Positions 11,101-22,689 of a stretch of 64,000 nt of DNA are shown in pieces. The position numbers and the translations under genes were made by a program. Position 1 is the first letter of the stretch; each line of letters opens with the position of its first letter. The notes below the pieces were generated by a model. The model made no database searches, had not been told where the DNA came from, and worked only from the letters and a program-made list of their open reading frames with translations. Source of the stretch: Azolla caroliniana (taxonomy: Eukaryota > Plantae > Polypodiophyta); contig JBHGNT010000023.1 of NCBI GenBank assembly GCA_043228905.1, positions 310,001-374,000 of the forward strand, in the 5' to 3' direction.

Positions 11101-13974
11101 ATTTTGTGTTCAAAGATGTGAATCGAAGCTAACAACACTAGCTATGATATGGAATTAAAAAATCAAGATTTTCAAACTCAGGTCGAGAGACATGAAGAAG
11201 TTAGTAAATTAGGGGAGGGTGTTGACAAGAGCGCGTGAGTAAATTAAAATGTTCATACCTGGCTCGTGTGATCCCGGATTTTTGTGTTCAAAGATGCCAA
11301 TCGAAGCTAACAACACTAGTTATGATATGGAATTAAAAAATCAAGATTTTGAAACTCAGGTCGAGAGACATGAAGAAATTAGTAAATTAGCGGAGGGAGT
11401 TGACAAGAGCGCGAGAGTAAATTAAAATGTTCATACCTGGCTCGTGTGATCCCGGAAATTTGTGTTCAAAGATGCGAATCGAAGCTAACAACACTAGCTA
11501 TGATATGGAATTAAAAAATCAAGATTTTGAAACTCAGGTCGAGAGACATGAAGAAGTTAGTAAATTAGGGGAGGGAGTTGACAAGAGCGCGAGAGTAAAT
11601 TAAAATGTTCATACCTGGCTCGTGTGATCCCGGAAATTTGTGTTCAAAGATGCCAATCGAAGCTAACAACACTAGCTAGGATATGGAATTAAAAATCAAG
11701 ATTTTGAGACTCAGGTCGAGAGACATGAAGAAATTAGTAAATAAGGGAGGGAGTTGACAAGAGCGCGAGAGTAAATTAAAATGTTCATACCTGGCTCGTG
11801 TGATCCCGGAAATTTGTGTTCAAAGATGCGAATCGAAGCTAACAACACTAGCTATGATATGGAATTAAAAAATCAAGATTTTGAAACTCAGGTCGAGAGA
11901 CATGAAGAAGTTAGTAAATTAGGGGAGGGTGTTGACAAGAGCGCGTGAGTAAATTAAAATGTTCATACCTGGCTCGTGTGATCCCGGATTTTTGTGTTCA
12001 AAGATGCCAATCGAAGCTAACAACACTAGTTATGATATGGAATTAAAAAATCAAGATTTTGAAACTCAGGTCGAGAGACATGAAGAAATTAGTAAATTAG
12101 GGGAGGGAGTTGACAAGAGCGCGAGAGTAAATTAAAATGTTCATACCTGGCTCGTGTGATCCCGGAAATTTGTGTTCAAAGATGCGAATCGAAGCTAACA
12201 ACACTAGCTAGGATATGGAATTGAAAAATCAATATTTTGAAACTCAGGTCGAGAGACATGAAGAAATTAGTAAATTAGAGGAGGGAGTTTAGAAGAGCGC
12301 GTGAGTAAATTAAAATGTTCATAGCTGGCTCGTGTGATATCGGATTTTAGTGTTCAGACATGCGAATCGAAGCTAACAACACTAGCTATGATATGGAATT
12401 AAAAAATCAAGATTTTGAAACTCAGGTCGAGAGACATGAAGAAGTTAGTAAATTAGGGGAGGGAGTTGAGAAGAGCGCGAGAGTAAATTAAAATGTTCAT
12501 ACCTGGCTCGTGTGATCCCGGATTTTTGTCTTCAAAGATACGAATCGAAGCTAACAACACTAGCTATGATATGGAATGAAAAAATCAAGATTTTGAAACT
12601 CAGGTCGAGAGACATGAACAAATTAGTAAATTAGGGGAGGGAGTTGATAAGAGCGCGTGAGTAAATTAAAATGTTCATACTTGGCTCGTGTGATCCCGGG
12701 ATTTTGTGTTCAAGGATGCGAATCGAAGCTAACAACACTAGCTATGATATGGAATTAAAAAATCAAGATTTTGAAACTCAGGTCGAGAGACATGAAGAAG
12801 TTAGTAAATTAGGGGAGGGTGTTGACAAGAGCGCGTGAGTAAATTAAAATGTTCATACCTGGCTCGTGTGATCCCGGATTTTTGTGTTCAAAGATGCGAA
12901 TCGAAGCCAACAACACTGGCTATGATATGGAATTAAAAAATCAAGATTTTGAAACTCAGGTCGAGAGACATGAAGAAATTAGTAAAGTAGGGGAGGGAGT
13001 TGAGGAGAGCGCGTGAGTAAATTTAAATGTTCATAGCAGGCTCGTGTGATATCGGATTTTAGTGTTCAAACATGCGAATTGAAGCTAACAACACTAACTA
13101 TGATATGGAATTGAAAAATCAAGATTTTGAAACTTGGGTCGAGAGATATCAAGAAATTAGTAAATTACATGAGGGAGTTGAGAAGAGCGCGTGAGTAAAT
13201 TAAAATGTTCATAGCTGGCTCGTGTGATCCCGGATTTTTGTGTTCAAACATTCGAATCAAAGCTAACAACACTAGCTATGATAAGGAATGAAAAAATCAA
13301 GATTTTGAAACTCAGGTCGAGAGACATGAAGATATTAGTAAATTAGAGGAGGGAGTTGAGAAGAGCGCGTGAGTAAATTAAAATGTTCATAGCTGGCTCG
13401 TGTGATCCCGGAATTTTATGTTCAAAGATGTGAATCGAAGCTAACAACACTACGTATGATATGGAATTAAAAAATCAAGATTTTGAAACTCAGGTCGAGA
13501 GACATCAAGAAATTAGTAAATTAGAGGAGGGAGCTAAGAAGAGCGGGTGAGTAAATTAAAATGTTCATAGCTGGCTCGTGTGATATCGGATTTTAGTGTT
13601 CAAAGATGCGAATCGAAACTAACAACACGACCTATGATATGGAATGAAAAAATCAAGATTTTGAAACTCACGTCGAGAGACATGAAGAAATTAGTAAATT
13701 AGAGGAGGGGGTTGAGAAGAGCACGTGAGTAAATTAAAATGTTCATAGCTGGCTCGTGTGATCCCGGATTTTTATGTTCAAAGATGCGAATCGAAGCTAA
13801 GAACACTACGTATTATATGGAATGAAAAAAACAAGATTTTGAAACTCAGATCGAGAGACATGAAGAAATTAGTAAATTAGGGGAGGGTGTTGATAAGAGC
13901 GCGTGAGTAAATTAAAATGGTCATACTTGGCTCGTTTGATCCCGGGATTTTGTGTTCAAAGATGCGAATCGAAG

Positions 13975-14019
13975 CTAAAATCCGATATCATAGCTGGCTC
14001 GTGTGATATCGGATTTTAG
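13975..14019. repeat. Perfect 16-bp inverted repeat with 13-nt spacer at a rearrangement junction (seen once in the window)
   Basis: CTAAAATCCGATATCA (13975-13990) is the reverse complement of TGATATCGGATTTTAG (14004-14019); spacer TAGCTGGCTCGTG. Confidence 0.95.
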
Positions 14020-14364
14020 TGTTCAAACATGCGAGTCAAAGCTAACAACACTAGCTATGATAAGGAATTAAAAAATCAAGATTTTGAAACTTCGGTCGAG
14101 AGACATGAAGATATTAGTAAAGTAGGGGAGGGAGTTGAGGAGAGCGCGTGAGTAAATTAAAATGTTCATAGCTGGCTCGTGTGATCCCGGGATTTTGTGT
14201 TCAAAGATGCGAATCGAAGCTAACAACACTAACTATGACATGGAATTGAAAAATCAAGATTTTGAAACTTGGGTCGAGAGATATCAAGAAATTAGTAAAT
14301 TACATGAGGGAGTTGAGAAGAGCGCGTGAGTAAATTAAAATGTTCATAGCTGGCTCGTGTGATA

Positions 14365-14390
14365 TCGGATTTTAGTGTTCGGATTTTAGT
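14365..14390. repeat. 12-bp direct repeat at a deletion/insertion junction
   Basis: TCGGATTTTAGT at 14365-14376 and 14379-14390; this monomer is 157 bp (starts at 14241 and 14398). Confidence 0.92.
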
Positions 14391-15464
14391 TATGATATGG
14401 ATTTAGAAAATCAAGATTTTGAAACTCAGGTCGAGAGACATGAAGAAATTAGTAAATTAGGGGAGGGAGTTGACAAGAGCGCGAGAGTAAATTAAAATGT
14501 TCATACCTGGCTCGTGTGATCCCGGAAATTTGTGTTCAAAGATGCGAATCGAAGCTAACAACACTAGCTATGATATGGAATTAAAAAATCAAGATTTTGA
14601 AACTCAGATCGAGAGACATGAAGAAGTTAGTAAATTAGGGGAGGGTGTTGACAAGAGCGCGTGAGTAAATTAAAATGTTCATACCTGGCTCGTGTGATCC
14701 CGGATTTTTGTGTTCAAAGATGCCAATCGAAGCTAACAACACTAGTTATGATATGGAATTAAAAAATCAAGATTTTGAAACTCAGGTCGAGAGACATGAA
14801 GAAATTAGTAAATTAGGGGAGGGAGTTGACAAGAGCGCGAGAGTAAATTAAAATGTTCATAGCTGGCTCGTGTGATATCGGATTTTAGTATTCATAAATG
14901 CGAATCGAAGCAAACAACACTACGTATGATATGGAATGAAAAAATCAAGATTTTGAAACTCAGGTCGAGAGACATGAAAAATTAGTAAATTAGGGGAGGG
15001 AGTTGATAAGAGCGCGTGAGTAAATTAAAATGTTCATACTTGGCTCGTGTGATACCGGGATTTTGTGTTCAAAGATGCGAATCGAAGCTAACAACACTAG
15101 CTACGATATGGAATTAAAAAATCAAGATTTTGAAACTCAGGTCGAGAGACATGAAGAAGTTAGTAAATTAGGGGAGGGTGTTGACAAGAGCGCGTGAGTA
15201 AATTAAAATGTTCATACCTGGCTCGTGTGATCCCGGATTTTTGTGTCCAAAGATGCGAATCGAAGCTAACAACACTGGCTATGATTTGGAATTAAAAAAT
15301 CAAGATTTTGAAACTCAGGTCGAGAGACATGAAGAAATAAGTAAAGTAGGGGAGGGAGTTGAGGAGAGCGCGTGAGTAAATTAAAATGTTCATAGCTGGC
15401 TCGTGTGATATCGGATTTTAGTGTTCAAACATGCGAATCAAAGCTAACAACACTAGCTATGATA

Positions 15465-18400
15465 AGGAATTAAAAAATCAAGATTTTGAAACTTGGGTCG
15501 AGAGACATCAGGAAATTAGTAAATTACATGAGGGAGTTGAGAAGAGCGCGTGAGTAAATTAAAATGTTCATAGCTGGCTCGTGTGATATCGGATTTTAGT
15601 GTTCAAACATTCGAATCAAAGCTAACAACACTAGCTATGATAAGGAATGAGAAAATCAAGATTTTGAAACTCAGGTCAAGAGACATGAAGATATTAGTAA
15701 ATTAGAGGAGGGAGTTGAGAAGAGCGCGTGAGTAAATTAAAATGTTCATAGCTGGCTCGTGTGATCCCGGATTTTTATGTTCAAAGATGTGAATCGAAGC
15801 TAACAACACTACGTATGATATGGAATTAAAAAATCAAGATTTTGAAACTAAGGTCGAAAGACATCAAGAAATTAGTAAATTAGAGGAGGGAGCTAAGAAG
15901 AGCGCGTGAGTAAATTAAAATGTTCATAGCTGGCTCGTGTGATATCGGATTTTAGTGTTCAAAGATGCGAATCGAAACTAACAACACGAGCTATGATATG
16001 GAATGAAAAAATCAAGATTTTGAAACTCACGTCGAGAGACATGAAGAAATTAGTAAATTAGAGGAGGGGGTTGAGAAGAGCACGTGAGTAAATAAAATGT
16101 TCATAGCTGGCTCGTGTGATCCCGGATTTTTATGTTCAAAGATGCGAATCGAAGCTAAGAACACTACGTATTATATGGAATGAAAAAACCAAGATTTTGA
16201 AACTCAGGTCGAGAGACATGAAGATATTAGTAAAGTAGGGGAGGGAGTTGAGGAGAGCGCGTGAGTAAATTAAAATGTTCATAGCTGGCTCGTGTGATCC
16301 CGGGATTTTGTGTTCAAAGATGCGAATCGAAGCTAACAACACTAACTATGACATGGAATTGAAAAATCAAGATTTTGAAACTTGGGTCGAGAGATATCAA
16401 GAAATTAGTAAATTACATGAGGGAGTTGAGAAGAGCGCGTGAGTAAATTAAAATGTTCATAGCTGGCTCGTGTGATATCGGATTTTAGTGTTCAAACATG
16501 CGAATCGAAGCTAACAACACTAGCTATGATATGGAATTAAAAAATCAAGATTTTGAAACTTGGGTCGAGAGACATCAAGAAATTAGTAAATTACATGAGG
16601 GAGTTGAGAAGAGCGCGTGAGTAAATTAAAATGTTCATAGCTGGCTCGTGTGATATCGGATTTTAGTGTTCAAACATGCGAATCAAAGCTAACAACACTA
16701 GCTATGATAAGGAATTAAAAAATCAAGATTTTGAAACTTGGGTCGAGAGACATCAGGAAATTAGTAAATTACATGAGGGAGTTGAGAAGAGCGCGTGAGT
16801 AAATTAAAATGTTCATAGCTGGCTCGTGTGATATCGGATTTTAGTGTTCAAACATTCGAATCAAAGCTAACAACACTAGCTATGATAAGGAATGAGAAAA
16901 TCAAGATTTTGAAACTCAGGTCAAGAGACATGAAGATATTAGTAAATTAGAGGAGGGAGTTGAGAAGAGCGCGTGAGTAAATTAAAATGTTCATAGCTGG
17001 CTCGTGTGATCCCGGATTTTTATGTTCAAAGATGTGAATCGAAGCTAACAACACTACGTATGATATGGAATTAAAAAATCAAGATTTTGAAACTAAGGTT
17101 GAAAGACATCAAGAAATTAGTAAATTAGAGGAGGGAGCTAAGAAGAGCGCGTGAGTAAATTAAAATGTTCATAGCTGGCTCGTGTGATATCGGATTTTAG
17201 TGTTCAAAGATGCGAATCGAAACTAACAACACGAGCTATGATATGGAATGAAAAAATCAAGATTTTGAAACTCACGTCGAGAGACATGAAGAAATTAGTA
17301 AATTAGAGGAGGGGGTTGAGAAGAGCACGTGAGTAAATAAAATGTTCATAGCTGGCTCGTGTGATCCCGGATTTTTATGTTCAAAGATGCGAATCGAAGC
17401 TAAGAACACTACGTATTATATGGAATGAAAAAACCAAGATTTTGAAACTCAGGTCGAGAGACATGAAGAAATTAGTAAATTAGGGGAGGGAGTTGATAAG
17501 AGCGCGTGAGTAAATTAAAATGGTCATACTTGGCTCGTGTGATCCCGGGATTTTGTGTTCAAAGATGCTAATCGAAGCTAACAACACTAACTATGACATG
17601 GAATTGAAAAATCAAGATTTTGAAACTCAGGTCGAGAGATATCAAGAAATTAGTAAATTACATGAGGGAGTTGAGAAGAGCGCGTGAGTAAATTAAAATG
17701 TTCATAGCTGGCTCGTGTGATATCGGATTTTAGTGTTCAAACATGCGAATCGAAGCTAACAACACTAGCTATGATATGGAATTAAAAAATCAAGATTTTG
17801 AAACTTGGGTCGAGAGACATCAAGAAATTAGTAAATTACATGAGGGAGTTGAGAAGAGCGCGTGAGTAAATTAAAATGTTCATAGCTGGCTCGTGTGATA
17901 TCGGATTTTAGTGTTCAAACATACGAATCAAAGCTAACAACACTAGCTATGATAAGGAATTAAAAAATCAAGATTTTGAAACTTGGGTCGAGAGACATCA
18001 GGAAATTAGTAAATTACATGAGGGAGTTGAGAAGAGCGCGTGAGTAAATTAAAATGTTCATAGCTGGCTCGTGTGATATCGGATTTTAGTGTTCAAACAT
18101 TCGAATCAAAGCTAACAACACTAGCTATGATAAGGAATGAGAAAATCAAGATTTTGAAACTCAGGTCAAGAGACATGAAGATATTAGTAAATTAGAGGAG
18201 GGAGTTGAGAAGAGCGCGTGAGTAAATTAAAATGTTCATAGCTGGCTCGTGTGATCCCGGATTTTTATGTTCAAAGATGTGAATCGAAGCTAACAACACT
18301 ACGTATGATATGGAATTAAAAAATCAAGATTTTGAAACTAAGGTCGAAAGACATCAAGAAATTAGTAAATTAGAGGAGGGAGCTAAGAAGAGCGCGTGAG

Positions 18401-21400
18401 TAAATTAAAATGTTCATAGCTGGCTCGTGTGATATCGGATTTTAGTGTTCAAAGATGCGAATCGAAACTAACAACACGAGCTATCATATGGAATGAAAAA
18501 ATCAAGATTTTGAAACTCACGTCGAGAGACATGAAGAAATTAGTAAATTAGAGGAGGGGGTTGAGAAGAGCACGTGAGTAAATAAAATGTTCATACCTGG
18601 CTCGTGTGATCCCGGATTTTTATGTTCAAAGATGCGAATCGAAGCTAAGAACACTACGTATTATATGGAATGAAAAAACCAAGATTTTGAAACTCAGGTC
18701 GAGAGACATGAAGAAATTAGTAAATTAGGGGAGGGAGTTGATAAGAGCGCGTGAGTAAATTAAAATGGTCATACTTGGCTCGTGTGATCCCGGGATTTTG
18801 TGTTCAAAGATGCGAATCGAAGCTAACAACACTAGCTATGATATGGAATTAAAAAATCAAGATTTTGAAACTCAGGTCGAGAGACATGAAGAAGTTAGTA
18901 AATTAGGGGAGGGTGTTGACAAGAGCGCGTGAGTAAATTAAAATGTTCATAGCTGGCTCGTGTGATATCGGATTTTAGTGTTCAAAGATGCGAATCGAAA
19001 CTAACAACACGAGCTATCATATGGAATGAAAAAATCAAGATTTTGAAACTCACGTCGAGAGACATGAAGAAATTAGTAAATTAGAGGAGGGGGTTGAGAA
19101 GAGCACGTGAGTAAATTAAAATGTTCATAGCTGGCTCGTGTGATCCCGGATTTTTATGTTCAAAGATGCGAATCGAAGCTAACAACACTAGCTATGATAA
19201 GGAATTAAAAAATCAAGATTTTGAAACTTGGGTCGAGAGACATCAGGAAATTAGTAAATTACATGAGGGAGTTGAGAAGAGCGCGTGAGTAAATTAAAAT
19301 GTTCATAGCTGGCTCGTGTGATATCGGATTTTAGTGTTCAAACATTCGAATCAAAGCTAACAACACTAGCTATGATAAGGAATGAGAAAATCAAGATTTT
19401 GAAACTCAGGTCAAGAGACATGAAGATATTAGTAAATTAGAGGAGGGAGTTGAGAAGAGCGCGTGAGTAAATTAAAATGTTCATAGCTGGCTCGTGTGAT
19501 CCCGGATTTTTATGTTCAAAGATGTGAATCGAAGCTAACAACACTACGTATGATATGGAATTAAAAAATCAAGATTTTGAAACTAAGGTCGAAAGACATC
19601 AAGAAATTAGTAAATTAGAGGAGGGAGCTAAGAAGAGCGCGTGAGTAAATTAAAATGTTCATAGCTGGCTCGTGTGATATCGGATTTTAGTGTTCAAAGA
19701 TGCGAATCGAAACTAACAACACGAGCTATCATATGGAATGAAAAAATCAAGATTTTGAAACTCACGTCGAGAGACATGAAGAAATTAGTAAATTAGAGGA
19801 GGGGGTTGAGAAGAGCACGTGAGTAAATAAAATGTTCATACCTGGCTCGTGTGATCCCGGATTTTTATGTTCAAAGATGCGAATCGAAGCTAAGAACACT
19901 ACGTATTATATGGAATGAAAAAACCAAGATTTTGAAACTCAGGTCGAGAGACATGAAGAAATTAGTAAATTAGGGGAGGGAGTTGATAAGAGCGCGTGAG
20001 TAAATTAAAATGGTCATACTTGGCTCGTGTGATCCCGGGATTTTGTGTTCAAAGATGCGAATCGAAGCTAACAACACTAGCTATGATATGGAATTAAAAA
20101 ATCAAGATTTTGAAACTCAGGTCGAGAGACATGAAGAAGTTAGTAAATTAGGGGAGGGTGTTGACAAGAGCGCGTGAGTAAATTAAAATGTTCATAGCTG
20201 GCTCGTGTGATATCGGATTTTAGTGTTCAAAGATGCGAATCGAAACTAACAACACGAGCTATCATATGGAATGAAAAAATCAAGATTTTGAAACTCACGT
20301 CGAGAGACATGAAGAAATTAGTAAATTAGAGGAGGGGGTTGAGAAGAGCACGTGAGTAAATTAAAATGTTCATAGCTGGCTCGTGTGATCCCGGATTTTT
20401 ATGTTCAAAGATGCGAATCGAAGCTAACAACACTAGCTATGATAAGGAATTAAAAAATCAAGATTTTGAAACTTGGGTCGAGAGACATCAGGAAATTAGT
20501 AAATTACATGAGGGAGTTGAGAAGAGCGCGTGAGTAAATTAAAATGTTCATAGCTGGCTCGTGTGATATCGGATTTTAGTGTTCAAACATTCGAATCAAA
20601 GCTAACAACACTAGCTATGATAAGGAATGAGAAAATCAAGATTTTGAAACTCAGGTCAAGAGACATGAAGATATTAGTAAATTAGAGGAGGGAGTTGAGA
20701 AGAGCGCGTGAGTAAATTAAAATGTTCATAGCTGGCTCGTGTGATCCCGGATTTTTATGTTCAAAGATGTGAATCGAAGCTAACAACACTACGTATGATA
20801 TGGAATTAAAAAATCAAGATTTTGAAACTAAGGTCGAAAGACATCAAGAAATTAGTAAATTAGAGGAGGGAGCTAAGAAGAGCGCGTGAGTAAATTAAAA
20901 TGTTCATAGCTGGCTCGTGTGATATCGGATTTTAGTGTTCAAAGATGCGAATCGAAACTAACAACACGAGCTATCATATGGAATGAAAAAATCAAGATTT
21001 TGAAACTCACGTCGAGAGACATGAAGAAATTAGTAAATTAGAGGAGGGGGTTGAGAAGAGCACGTGAGTAAATAAAATGTTCATACCTGGCTCGTGTGAT
21101 CCCGGATTTTTATGTTCAAAGATGCGAATCGAAGCTAAGAACACTACGTATTATATGGAATGAAAAAACCAAGATTTTGAAACTCAGGTCGAGAGACATG
21201 AAGAAATTAGTAAATTAGGGGAGGGAGTTGATAAGAGCGCGTGAGTAAATTAAAATGGTCATACTTGGCTCGTGTGATCCCGGGATTTTGTGTTCAAAGA
21301 TGCGAATCGAAGCTAACAACACTAGCTATGATATGGAATTAAAAAATCAAGATTTTGAAACTCAGGTCGAGAGACATGAAGAAGTTAGTAAATTAGGGGA

Positions 21401-21690
21401 GGGTGTTGACAAGAGCGCGTGAGTAAATTAAAATGTTCATAGCTGGCTCGTGTGATATCGGATTTTTGTGTTCAAAGATGCGAATCGAAACTAACAACAC
21501 GAGCTATCATATGGAATGAAAAAATCAAGATTTTGAAACTCACGTCGAGAGACATGAAGAAATTAGTAAATTAGAGGAGGGGGTTGAGAAGAGCACGTGA
21601 GTAAATTAAAATGTTCATAGCTGGCTCGTGTGATCCCGGATTTTTATGTTCAAAGATGCGAATCGAAGCTAACAACACTACGTATTATAT
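15465..21690. repeat. 7-monomer (1245 bp) higher-order repeat, 5 periods
   Basis: Marker CATCAGGAAA at 15506, 16751, 17996, 19241 and 20486, each exactly 1245 apart (7x178-1, from a 1-bp deletion variant GTAAATAAAATG in each unit). Confidence 0.9.
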
Positions 21691-22689
21691 GGAATGAAAA
21701 AATCAAGATTTTGAAACTCAGGTCGAGAGACATGAATAAATTAGTAAATTAGGGGAGGGAGTTGATAAGAGCGCGTGAGTAAATTAAAATGGTCATACTT
21801 GGCTCGTGTGATCCCGGGATTTTTCGTTCAAAGATGCGAATCGAACCTAACAACACTAGCTATGATATGGAATTAAAAAATCAAGATTTTGAAACTCAGG
21901 TCGAGAGACATGAAGAAGTTAGTAAATTAGGGGAGCGTGTTGACAAGAGCGCGTGAGTAAATTAAAATGTTCATACCTGGCTCGTGTGATCCCGGATTTT
22001 TGTGTTCAAAGATGCCAATCGAAGCTAACAACACTAGTTATGATATGGAATTAAAAAATCAAGATTTTGAAACTCACGTCGAGAGACATGAAGAAATTAG
22101 TAAATTAGGGGAGGGAGTTGACAAGAGCGCGAGAGTAAATTAAAATGTTCATACCTGGCTCGTGTGATCCCGGAAATTTGTGTTCAAAGATGCGAATCGA
22201 AGCTAACAACACTAGCTATGATATGGAATTAAATAATCAAGATTTTGAAACTCAGGTCGAGAGACATGAAGAAGTTAGTAAATTAGGGGAGGGTGTTGAC
22301 AAGAGCGCGTGAGTAAATTAAAATGTTCATACCTGGCTCGTGTGATCCCGGATTTTTGTGTTCAAAGATGCCAATCGAAGCTAACAACACTAGTTATGAT
22401 ATGGAATTAAAAAATCAAGATTTTGAAACTCAGGTCGAGAGACGTGAAGAAATTAGTAAATTAGGGGAGGGAGTTGACAAGAGCGCGAGAGTAAATTAAA
22501 ATGTTCATAGCTGGCTCGTGTGATATCGGATTTTATTGTTCATAGATGGGAATCGAAGCAAACAACACTACGTATTATATGGAATGAAAAAATCAAGATT
22601 TTGAAACTTAGGTCGAGAGACATGAAGAAATTAGTAAATTAGGGGAGGGACTTGATAAGAGCGCGTGAGTAAATTAAAATGTTCATACT

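Noticed and set aside
11685-11750. Single-base indels in homopolymer runs (also near 14985, 26760, 61014, 62233)
   Set aside because: Singleton 1-bp indels could be slippage or sequencing error and are uninformative individually; only the recurrent 177-bp variants were used as markers.
16136-16342. 68-aa minus-strand ORF from the ORF track
   Set aside because: It lies wholly within satellite monomers and is open only because a hybrid monomer combines variants that remove stop codons present in other copies; no recognisable protein features.
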